From: a virus
Virus record (IMG/VR): IMGVR_UViG_3300014775_002125
Location: 1 to 64,000 of that record
DNA length: 64,000 nucleotides
Strand: one strand, 5' to 3'
Shown: in pieces, positions 18,482-26,843 of the stretch
Layout: the number at the start of each line of letters is the position of its first letter
Numbering within the stretch: the first letter of the stretch is position 1
The notes under the pieces: model-generated
The model's database searches: none
Seen by the model: only the letters and a program-made list of their open reading frames with translations
What the model was told of the DNA's origin: nothing
Translations under genes and position numbers: made by a program

Positions 18482-18818
18482 TAGTTACAAGTCTAGGGCG
18501 ATTCGTAAAGAGATTGAGTGGTCTTTGACTGACGAAGAGGCCTATGAGTTGTTTCTTGGGGATTGTTTCTATTGCGGCTTGGAACCTAACAGAAACTTTA
18601 ACCCCTACAAGGGACGCAAAGATGTTCTGGCAGAGACTAGAGCGAAGAATTGGATTGTTGTTAATGGGATTGATCGACTAGATAACGAGAGAGGTTACTA
18701 TTTGATGAATTCTGTTAGTTGTTGTGCTCAATGTAATATGAAAAAAGGCTCAAGTACATTAGAAGAATTTGAGTCATGGATTGAGCGTATTGTTGATTTT
18801 AGAACTAGAAAGGATTAA
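18450..18818 (+). CDS. HNH-family endonuclease
   Basis: CFYCG..NGIDRLDNERGY..NSVSCCAQCNMKKG is the zinc-binding HNH pattern of phage free-standing endonucleases; ATG at 18450. Confidence 0.8.
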   Translation: MSRVAWKRLLDSYKSRAIRKEIEWSLTDEEAYELFLGDCFYCGLEPNRNFNPYKGRKDVLAETRAKNWIVVNGIDRLDNERGYYLMNSVSCCAQCNMKKGSSTLEEFESWIERIVDFRTRKD

Positions 18819-18825
18819 AAGTTCT

Positions 18826-20103
18826 ATGAGTTTATTTGGTGAGAAAACCAAGAAGAGGGTCATGGTAATTTCCGACAACCCTCTGGCACCAACAGGAGTA
18901 GGTGGACAGACAGCCTATTTTGTTGATGCTATGTTGAAGGAAGGGTGGCAAGTGCTGTGTCTTGCTGGGGCCAGAAAGCACCCATCGTACACTCCACAGG
19001 TCCCAGAGGGTTACACTCCAGAAGAGTACGTGATCATCCCTGTAGATAACTATGGGACGGAAGATGAGATTCGGTCAGCACTTGAAGCGTTCAAACCAGA
19101 CGCTTTATGGGTTATGACGGACCCTCGGTCACTTACACACATCTTTGACATGGAGCACGAAATTCGCCCTTATTGTCCGATTGTGTATTATAACATCTGG
19201 GATAACTTTCCAGCACCCAAGTTTAACGAGTCGTTTTATCGGTCTTGTGATGCTCTGGTTCCTATCTCTAAGGTTACTGCGGAGATCAACAAGGAGCTTT
19301 GCCCAGATATCAAACAGAAACAGATTGGACATGCTGCTGACCTAGAGATCTACAAACCTCTTGACGAGGAGACTAGGAATAATTATAGAGAGAGAACTTT
19401 AAAAGAACTCAGTGATAAATTCCTAGTTTTCTGGAACAATAAGAACCAGCGCCGTAAGCAGTCTGGGACTCTTATCTATGCCTTTAAGCAGTTCCTAGAT
19501 AAGACAGGCGCCAACGCATCTCTGATCATGAAGACAAACCCTAAGAGCGAACATGGTCAGGATCTAGAAGCCATTTGTAGCGACCTTGGAGTTACTCCCG
19601 GTACAGTTAGTTTCTGTAAGGACTTTCTTTCTGAACAACAAATGGCCGAGTTTTATGCTCTCTGTGACTTAGGAATTGTTGTTAGTGATGCCGAGGGCTG
19701 GGGCCTTGCGGTTACTGAGAGTTTAGCGTGTGGTCTACCTGTGATTGCAACAAAGACAGGTGGGATGACAGAACAAATGGAACACGATGGGAAGGTTTTT
19801 GGTAAACTACTAGAACCAACAGCTACTTCCTTGATTGGTTCTCAGGTTGTCCCCTATATCTTCGAGGACCACCTAACCTTTGAGCAGATCTCAGAGGCAC
19901 TAGAAGAAATGTACAACCTCTGGAAAGATGACAAAGATGCTTGGAAGACACTCTCAGAGGATTGTAGGAAGACTGCTGAGGAACGATTCGACTTGAAGGA
20001 CTACCAAAAGAGTTGGGTAGACTTTATGAATGAAGTAGTCGAAGAAAATGGAAGTTACGAGACCCGTAAGAACTACAAAAACTACCGAGTAGCAAAGTTT
20101 TAA
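18826..20103 (+). CDS. Glycosyltransferase (GT-B, GT4-like)
   Basis: ISDNPLAPTGVG, NQRRKQ, and EGWGLAVTESLACGLPVIATKTGGMTE (EX7E motif); ATG at 18826. Confidence 0.9.
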   Translation: MSLFGEKTKKRVMVISDNPLAPTGVGGQTAYFVDAMLKEGWQVLCLAGARKHPSYTPQVPEGYTPEEYVIIPVDNYGTEDEIRSALEAFKPDALWVMTDPRSLTHIFDMEHEIRPYCPIVYYNIWDNFPAPKFNESFYRSCDALVPISKVTAEINKELCPDIKQKQIGHAADLEIYKPLDEETRNNYRERTLKELSDKFLVFWNNKNQRRKQSGTLIYAFKQFLDKTGANASLIMKTNPKSEHGQDLEAICSDLGVTPGTVSFCKDFLSEQQMAEFYALCDLGIVVSDAEGWGLAVTESLACGLPVIATKTGGMTEQMEHDGKVFGKLLEPTATSLIGSQVVPYIFEDHLTFEQISEALEEMYNLWKDDKDAWKTLSEDCRKTAEERFDLKDYQKSWVDFMNEVVEENGSYETRKNYKNYRVAKF

Positions 20104-20112
20104 GGAAGAAAA

Positions 20113-20364
20113 ATGATTGTAAGAAAAGTAACTGAGAGACTGTCCGAGGATTTCCGCAAGAGTTGTTTTGTTTTCGACGGCAAAATCTACCTTGAGGGCT
20201 TCCAGAATGTTGTTTGTGCCCAGAATGTCGAGCAATACTACAAAGAAGTGCAGACAAAAGTTAAGGGAGACGAGGCATTCTTTTATGTTTATGATGCTGT
20301 TCGTAGCCTCTTCTATGGGAATAACAAGTATGAAGAGCACAAGAAAGCTCTGGGGGGCAAATAA
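20113..20364 (+). CDS. Hypothetical protein
   Basis: 83 aa, AAGGA RBS, fills the gap between two glycosyltransferases. Confidence 0.6.
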   Translation: MIVRKVTERLSEDFRKSCFVFDGKIYLEGFQNVVCAQNVEQYYKEVQTKVKGDEAFFYVYDAVRSLFYGNNKYEEHKKALGGK

Positions 20365-21620
20365 TGAAGGCTAAAACACTACTAGTCGGCCCCTTCTTGA
20401 GTATGTCTGGGTACGGTTTTCAGGCTCGTTTTGCCTTGAAGTCACTGTTAAAGCATCAGGACAAACTAGATCTTTATATGCTCGACATTCCTTGGGGTAG
20501 GTCTGGAAAGCTCTGGAAGGACACTGAGGAGCGTAGGTCTATCATTGAACTACTGAAAAAGACAGAGCTTACAGGTGGCTTAGGTGCTCATAAGTTCGAT
20601 TTGAGCTTACAGGTTACCATCCCAAACGAGTTCAAAAACTATGCGAACATCAACGTTGGCTACACTGCTGGCATGGAGACTGACAGGGTACATCCATCAT
20701 GGTTACAGTTCGGAAATGCAATGAATAAGCTCATTGTCGTCTCTGAACACTCCAAGGAAACCTACGAGAATACCCATGAAAAGGCACGGGATCAACTAGG
20801 GAATGAGATTGAACTAAAACTTAATGTGCCAGTAGATGTGGTAAATTATGGCCACCGTGTCATTGAACCAGAGCCTTTTGATATTGACCTGAAGTACGAT
20901 CATAACTTCCTTGTGGTCTCTCAGTATGGTCCTCGAAAGAACATGATTAACACTATTCGTTGGTTCTTGGAAGGTATGCATGATCAGGAAGTAGGCTTGG
21001 TTGTTAAGACATTTGGGCGCCGCAATAGCCGAATTGATTTTGATCAGCTTGTAAAAGAGTTTGAAGTACTTAAGTCCGGCTATGAGGACTGTAAGTGCGA
21101 GGTAGTGTTTCTACACGGTTCTCTTACAAACGGACAAATGAAGTCACTGTACCAAAACGAAAAGATTAAGGCGTTTGTTAATCTAGCTCACGGTGAAGGT
21201 TTCGGACTACCAATGTTTGAAGCAGCTTGTGAAGGCATCCCTGTTATTGCGCCATTCTGGAGTGGTCAGTGTGATTTCCTTTCAATGCCTGTCAATAAGG
21301 GTGGTCGAGTCAAACAGAAACCAATGATCCCTAGAGTTGCTTTTGATCTAGGCCCAGTGCTAAAAGAAGCTGTGTGGGACGGTGTGATCCGTGAAGATAG
21401 TTTATGGTGCTATCCAAACAAGGGAAGTTTCATTAGTAGGCTCAAAGAGGTTGTCAAAGACTATGCTAGGTTTAAAAATCAGGCTACAAAGCTTCAGGGG
21501 TTTTTATTAGAAAACTTTAAAGAAGACGACAAGCTTGAAGAATTTGCCCAAAGTTTCTTGGGGACAGAGGGTGTTCAGCAGATGACTAATCAAGAAGTCC
21601 TAGAGTTGCACTTCATGTAA
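20364..21620 (+). CDS. Glycosyltransferase (GT-B, GT4-like)
   Basis: SGYG, PRKN, and HGEGFGLPMFEAACEGIPVIAPFWSGQCDF (EX7E motif). Confidence 0.9.
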   Translation: MKAKTLLVGPFLSMSGYGFQARFALKSLLKHQDKLDLYMLDIPWGRSGKLWKDTEERRSIIELLKKTELTGGLGAHKFDLSLQVTIPNEFKNYANINVGYTAGMETDRVHPSWLQFGNAMNKLIVVSEHSKETYENTHEKARDQLGNEIELKLNVPVDVVNYGHRVIEPEPFDIDLKYDHNFLVVSQYGPRKNMINTIRWFLEGMHDQEVGLVVKTFGRRNSRIDFDQLVKEFEVLKSGYEDCKCEVVFLHGSLTNGQMKSLYQNEKIKAFVNLAHGEGFGLPMFEAACEGIPVIAPFWSGQCDFLSMPVNKGGRVKQKPMIPRVAFDLGPVLKEAVWDGVIREDSLWCYPNKGSFISRLKEVVKDYARFKNQATKLQGFLLENFKEDDKLEEFAQSFLGTEGVQQMTNQEVLELHFM

Positions 21621-21641
21621 TCCCTCCACCTCTCCCAATCC

Positions 21642-21690
21642 CCACTTTTTTAAAAAATCTTGGAAATAATCTGTTAAGTTGTGTTATAAT
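21642..21690 (+). promoter_or_regulatory. Extended -10 promoter, copy 2 of the 49-bp element
   Basis: ...TCTTGGAAAT-N7-TAAGTTGTGTTATAAT (TGTGnTATAAT), 31 bp before ATG 21722 (GGAG RBS). Confidence 0.75.
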
Positions 21691-21721
21691 CGTTAAAAGT
21701 TTAACATAGCTTGGAGATTAA

Positions 21722-22498
21722 ATGAACACTTCTGAACTTAAAGACCTAATCAAAAACAAGAGCAGGGCCGAACAAAACAGTCTCATGAAAGACTTCTACA
21801 AGGGCAAGAAGTGTGTTTTGTTTTCTTGTGGTCCATCCTTGATTAGTCGTGAAGACTATGATAAGTACGTTGACAATAAAGACTATTATGTCGCAACTGT
21901 CAAACAAGCATACTATCGGTTTTCTGACCATGTTGATTTTCATTTCTTTAACTGCAACAACTTCACAAAGTTCGAGCCAAAGAATGAAAAAACCATTTTC
22001 TTTGCCTCTTCTGTAGAAAGCGAAGAGCAACTTAGGGAAATGGTTTGGGGCGATCAAGAGATCAATGTTCATGATATGTTGCACCCTGAGTATGTTGGCA
22101 AAGAAGATAAAACCCTATCGAGCCTTATGAATTTCGAGGACTGGAAGTTTGACAATGAAATTCTCAGGCCATGGGGTCCGGGAATTGTTTATGAGACTGT
22201 GTTGTTTCATTTGCTGCACATGGGTTTCTCCGAAGTCATTGTGAATGGTTGGGATTATCAATCCCTAGAGAACAAGTCAAAGCAACTCAATCACTTCTAC
22301 AACAAAGATGACAAGAGAGGGGGGCTAAATTTCTTTAAAAATGTCTCTTTAAATATGTTTGACAATGAGAATGAACTGATCGTCAAGTCTTCGGGTGATT
22401 TTTACGACTTTTTGAAAAACAAAAGGATGGAAATTAAACTGTATAGTGACATCAGTCATCTTGACGAAAGAATACCGAGGGTTGGAGGGTTACTGTGA
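21722..22498 (+). CDS. Sialyltransferase/Maf(DUF115)-like ulosonic-acid transferase
   Basis: KKCVLFSCGPSL and LLHMGFSEVIVNGWDY..HFY mirror the GNGPS and GYKEIYLSGIDF motifs of CstII/Maf-type folds. Confidence 0.55.
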   Translation: MNTSELKDLIKNKSRAEQNSLMKDFYKGKKCVLFSCGPSLISREDYDKYVDNKDYYVATVKQAYYRFSDHVDFHFFNCNNFTKFEPKNEKTIFFASSVESEEQLREMVWGDQEINVHDMLHPEYVGKEDKTLSSLMNFEDWKFDNEILRPWGPGIVYETVLFHLLHMGFSEVIVNGWDYQSLENKSKQLNHFYNKDDKRGGLNFFKNVSLNMFDNENELIVKSSGDFYDFLKNKRMEIKLYSDISHLDERIPRVGGLL

Positions 22499-24126
22499 TC
22501 CTGACTGATTGCACTTTAAGGGATGGTGGTTTCCACACTGATTGGAACTTTTCCGAAAAGTTCATCAAGAAAGTTGTGAACTCTCTGATTAAAACAGAAA
22601 TTGACATCATCGAATTGGGCTACAAATCTCCGAAAAATGGTGGTTTGCTCATGAAAAGCAACGATGGATTTCTGAGTAGTGTCATCCATCAAAAAGCCGA
22701 GTTTCGCTTTATGCTCGACTTGTCTGATATGGTTTATGATGAAAAAATCAATATTGAAGTCATTGATGAGGTTGTCAAAGAATCGAAATTCTTCAAAAGA
22801 TGTAGAATTGCATTCAGGGAAACCCAAATCGAACACCTTCTAGAGTGTAAGTCTCTTGTAGAGTCAAAAGGATATGTCGTAGATGCCCTAATGATGGACT
22901 TCACAAGTTACTCTGAAACAAGTTTTGTTGACACTATTAAAACCTTGAGTGACTATGGGCTTGGTATTTTATATCTTTCTGACAGTTACAGTAAATTAAC
23001 CCCCAGCGTTGCTAGAAAAATGTTTCAAGAAGCTAGGACACTCTATGGCGGCGCTCTCGGATTCCACCCTCATGATGGGCTTGGGCTTGCCTACGCAAAT
23101 TCACTAGAAGCTCTTGAAGCTGGTTTTAATGTACTTGATGTTACAATTGACGGGTTTGGGCGTGGCGCTGGTAATCTCTCTTTAGAAAAAGCTTGTATTC
23201 TCCTTGAACGACCTATGGACAATGGAGTTATCGACATCTCTGAGAATGAGTTAAGGGAGATTAAGAAAAACAACCCTTGGGGTGCATCTCTTGAGTATTT
23301 TTATGGCAGTATCAAAGGATACCACCCTTTAAAAACACAAAAAGTACTTAAAGAGTCTTCTGGCTTCTTTGATTTCTCTGAAAACCTACTACATGGTAAG
23401 AAAGAATACACTTCTTGCGTCATCATCCCAGCAAGGATTGGTTCCTCTAGATTCTTTTGTAAGCCTCTTGCTGAAATCAATGGCGAACCAATGATCGTCT
23501 ACGTATGTAGGGCTTCTGCTGAAGCTGTTGGAAGAGGACATGTATATGTTGCGACCGACAGTGAGAAAATTTCACAGGTTGTGAGAGACTATGGGTATAA
23601 GGTGATTATGACCTCAAATAATTGCATCACCGGAACTGACAGGGTTGCAGAGGCTTCCCTAGAGGTAGACTACGACATCTATGTCAACGTGCAAGGTGAT
23701 GAACCGATGGTAAGGCCTTCAGATATTCAGAAAGTCATTGATGCAAAAAAAGAAAATTACAATCATGTGATTAACTGCATGGCTCTTTTGAGCGAAGAAG
23801 AGGATATCAATAATCACGCCATCCCAAAAGTTGTCACGGACGAATTTAATAATCTGCTTTATGCTTCTCGTTCCGCGATTCCAATGAAAAAAAACGGAGA
23901 AACTTCAGTAGCCCACAAACAGGTTTGTATCTACGCCTTCAATTCAGAAGAGCTTAGTTTGTATGACAACAAAAAAACAAAGAATGAAATCATTGAAGAC
24001 ATCGAGGTTGTAAGATGTCTTGACAAGAACCGCAAGGTAAAAATGATTCTCGTTGAGTCTGGAACCTACGCTGTTGATTATGAACACGACATTCAGATTG
24101 TCGAAAGGAAAATGAATGAAATATAA
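22495..24126 (+). CDS. Fusion of a DRE-TIM (4-hydroxy-2-oxovalerate aldolase-like) domain and a CMP-Kdo synthetase (KdsB-like) domain
   Basis: N-half: DCTLRDGG, GFHPHDGLGLAYAN, GFGRGAGN. C-half: IIPARIGSSRF..KPLAEINGEPMI, VATD, TGTDRVAE, VNVQGDEPM, LYASRSAIP, AVDYEHDI. Confidence 0.85.
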   Translation: MILTDCTLRDGGFHTDWNFSEKFIKKVVNSLIKTEIDIIELGYKSPKNGGLLMKSNDGFLSSVIHQKAEFRFMLDLSDMVYDEKINIEVIDEVVKESKFFKRCRIAFRETQIEHLLECKSLVESKGYVVDALMMDFTSYSETSFVDTIKTLSDYGLGILYLSDSYSKLTPSVARKMFQEARTLYGGALGFHPHDGLGLAYANSLEALEAGFNVLDVTIDGFGRGAGNLSLEKACILLERPMDNGVIDISENELREIKKNNPWGASLEYFYGSIKGYHPLKTQKVLKESSGFFDFSENLLHGKKEYTSCVIIPARIGSSRFFCKPLAEINGEPMIVYVCRASAEAVGRGHVYVATDSEKISQVVRDYGYKVIMTSNNCITGTDRVAEASLEVDYDIYVNVQGDEPMVRPSDIQKVIDAKKENYNHVINCMALLSEEEDINNHAIPKVVTDEFNNLLYASRSAIPMKKNGETSVAHKQVCIYAFNSEELSLYDNKKTKNEIIEDIEVVRCLDKNRKVKMILVESGTYAVDYEHDIQIVERKMNEI

Positions 24127-24802
24127 TATTGACAAAGAAGTAGAGGTTGCCCCATTCCCTCATTTTGTTGTTGACGGGTTTTTAGAAGAGGATCTATGTG
24201 AACGACTTAATAGTTCATTTCCAGAAATGCCTTCCACCTACTCAGAGATGTACGGCAGAAAAAAACTTGAAAAATTTAGAAATATCACAGATAAACTTGG
24301 TAACTCTTGGCAAGAATTTCAAGAAATTTTGAACAGTCAAGAGTTTATTTACTCTTTGCTTAGAAAATTCAAACCACACTTAGAAGACTCCTTAATTGAT
24401 TTTAACAAGCCAGTAAAAATTTATAATCAGAGAGTGAACCATGGAAGCCATAACGACTTTTACATGTATTACGACATCAGTGAGGCTGACGTCGGATATA
24501 CTCGTGAGGTCCACAGAGATAACTTTAATAGGCTAGTCAATTTCTTAATTTATCTGAATGATCCTCAGATTAAAGGTGGAGAGTTGGTTTTGTTTTCTTC
24601 CGATAAGAACACAATCCATGCGAGACAACATCCGAGAAATGTTAAAGAGTTTTGCAGAATTAAACCTAAAATGAACCGAGCAGTCTTCTTTTTATCAAAC
24701 AATCATAGTTATCATTCTGTTGAAAAGATAACAGAATGTCAAGTAAGTAGAAAATTCATTTATGGCAGTCTCACAAGTGCAAGTCAAAGGATTTGGAAAT
24801 GA
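24116..24802 (+). CDS. 2OG-Fe(II) oxygenase
   Basis: PFPHFVVDGFL, HRD, NFLIYLN, GGEL, PKMNRAVFF, SYHSV..RK give the HxD..H..R signature. Confidence 0.85.
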   Translation: MKYNIDKEVEVAPFPHFVVDGFLEEDLCERLNSSFPEMPSTYSEMYGRKKLEKFRNITDKLGNSWQEFQEILNSQEFIYSLLRKFKPHLEDSLIDFNKPVKIYNQRVNHGSHNDFYMYYDISEADVGYTREVHRDNFNRLVNFLIYLNDPQIKGGELVLFSSDKNTIHARQHPRNVKEFCRIKPKMNRAVFFLSNNHSYHSVEKITECQVSRKFIYGSLTSASQRIWK

Positions 24803-25503
24803 AGAAAATATGCGTATATCACGGATTTGGAATGGGTGACTACATCATGTACTCAGGGATGGTTAAGGAAATCGCTGACGACTACGATGTAGTCTATCTC
24901 ATGTACACAATGCCAAATTACCTAGAGAGCATTCAATTTCTTTACGAAGACACTCCAAATGTTGTTGTTACAAGGAGTTTCCCCAATGGTGTTAAACAAC
25001 TCAACCTATGTCCAACAGAGGACTATGCACAACTCGTCAACTCTGAATTCCAGTTTTCTTTTGATTTGGAAAGAAACTTGGAAAGAGAACAAGAGTTTTA
25101 TGATAAGGTAGTAAAAGAAATCGGAGAGGACTACATCTTGGTCCATTGGCGACCAATCGACAACCCCGGAAGAAAATTGGTAGAGCTTGACAGATCTCTG
25201 ATAGAAAGTGATTTGCCGCAGTTTAACGTTCATTTTGGAGCTTCAAAAGACGAAAACTATGGCATTGTCTCTTCAAACATTTTCGACTACTGCAAACTAA
25301 TCGAAAATGCCAAAGAGATTCACTTTTATGAAGGTGGATTTTCTTGTTTAGCAGATAGACTGTTAGACAACCCTAAACCCAAACTGGTTTGCCATTTGTA
25401 TTGCAGAATCACTGGCGCAGGCCCTATAAATGCGAAGAGAAGGGCTTTGGAAGGCAAATGGCACAAGAATGATTGGAGGTATATAAATGAGCAAAAAAAA
25501 TAA
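24799..25503 (+). CDS. Putative GDP-sugar glycosyltransferase (GT-B, fucosyl/colitosyltransferase-like)
   Basis: HGFGMGDYIM N-terminal loop, YILVHWR, IFDYCKLIENAKEIHFYEGGF; ATGA overlap at 24799. Confidence 0.5.
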   Translation: MKKICVYHGFGMGDYIMYSGMVKEIADDYDVVYLMYTMPNYLESIQFLYEDTPNVVVTRSFPNGVKQLNLCPTEDYAQLVNSEFQFSFDLERNLEREQEFYDKVVKEIGEDYILVHWRPIDNPGRKLVELDRSLIESDLPQFNVHFGASKDENYGIVSSNIFDYCKLIENAKEIHFYEGGFSCLADRLLDNPKPKLVCHLYCRITGAGPINAKRRALEGKWHKNDWRYINEQKK

Positions 25504-25846
25504 CTTTGAGAAAATCTCGAAGCTCCTTTTGGAAGAAGTTGAGGATAGGTTTGATAAGGAGCCCATGTCTGTCGAAGGTTTGGAGTTCGGTCAAAGCTTT
25601 GCAGAACTACTGGATAGGTTCTTTGTACTTCACATAAGAATGTGGAAAATGGAAGATGCTTGTGGAGAAACCGAAGACGCAGAAGAAATCAAAGCAATCA
25701 AAAAGAAGATTGACCTCTGTTTTAAGGTACACAGGCCGAAAATGACAAGAGCCATTAACTTTTTCTTGGATTCCCATATTGACAAAAACAAAACAAGACC
25801 GTTTTCAGAAGAAAGCGTTAAGTTCTACAGAGGGTACGATGGATAA
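25487..25846 (+). CDS. Helical protein (DUF4254-like)
   Basis: SFAELLDRFFVLHIRMWKMED..KKKID..R pattern, of a type found beside glycosyltransferases. Confidence 0.5.
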   Translation: MSKKNNFEKISKLLLEEVEDRFDKEPMSVEGLEFGQSFAELLDRFFVLHIRMWKMEDACGETEDAEEIKAIKKKIDLCFKVHRPKMTRAINFFLDSHIDKNKTRPFSEESVKFYRGYDG

Positions 25847-26843
25847 AACAGCTTTCATTACTGGAATTACTGGCCAAGATGGTTCATATCTTGCCGAACT
25901 CTTGCTTGAAAAAGGTTATAATGTAATCGGCGGAGTTCGAAGGACAGTTTGTTCGGAAGAAGAAAAGTACAAAAACCTAAAAGACTGTCTTGATGAATAT
26001 GGCCCAACAGAACGCCTCAAGTTTGTTAGTTGTGATGTTACCGATTATGCTTCAATCAGAGAAATCATTGGGAAGTATGACATTGACGAAGTTTACAATC
26101 TTGCGGCTCAATCACACGTTGGAGAGTCTTTTAGAACTCCAATTTCCACAGTAAATATCAATATCGGTGGAGTTCTAAATATTCTGGAAGCAATTCGAAA
26201 CTCAAATAAAGATATCAGGTTTTACCAAGCATCAACCTCTGAGATTTTCGGTGTGAACGAGAAATGCCCACAGAACGAAGAAACAGAATTCCTCCCAGCC
26301 TCTCCTTATGCCGCTGCAAAACTTTGCAGCCATCATTTGGTCAGGATTTATCGTGAGTCTTATGGTATCTTCGCTTGCAGCGGAATCCTATTTAATCACG
26401 AATCTCCTCGAAGAGGTGAGAATTTCGTTACAAGAAAAATCACAAAAGCAGCCGCTAGAATCAAGCTAGGGCTGCAAGACAAGCTAGAACTTGGCAACCT
26501 AGACGCTTACAGAGACTGGGGGTTTGCGGGTGACTATGTTGAAGCAATGTGGTTGATGCTTCAACAAGATGAGCCGAAAGATTTTGTGATTGCATCTGGG
26601 GAGACCTCTTCTGTTAGAGAGTTTCTTGAGTTGGTTTTCAAAAAAGCTGGACTTTCCGTAGAGGAACACGTTGTCATTAACGAGGCTTTTTTTCGACCAA
26701 TGGAAGTCCCAAAGTTGTGGGGTGATCCAACAAGGGCTGAAAATGAGCTTGGCTGGACCAGAAAGATGACACTAAAGACTCTTGCAATTGAAATGTACGA
26801 ACAAGACTACGAAAGGGAGGAAAAAAAATGTTCTGGCCTTTAA
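25839..26843 (+). CDS. gmd: GDP-mannose 4,6-dehydratase
   Basis: AFITGITGQDGSYLAELLL, YNLAAQSHV, YQASTSE, SPYAAAK, GILFNHESPRRGENFVTRKIT, RDWGFAGDYV. Confidence 0.96.
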   Translation: MDKTAFITGITGQDGSYLAELLLEKGYNVIGGVRRTVCSEEEKYKNLKDCLDEYGPTERLKFVSCDVTDYASIREIIGKYDIDEVYNLAAQSHVGESFRTPISTVNINIGGVLNILEAIRNSNKDIRFYQASTSEIFGVNEKCPQNEETEFLPASPYAAAKLCSHHLVRIYRESYGIFACSGILFNHESPRRGENFVTRKITKAAARIKLGLQDKLELGNLDAYRDWGFAGDYVEAMWLMLQQDEPKDFVIASGETSSVREFLELVFKKAGLSVEEHVVINEAFFRPMEVPKLWGDPTRAENELGWTRKMTLKTLAIEMYEQDYEREEKKCSGL

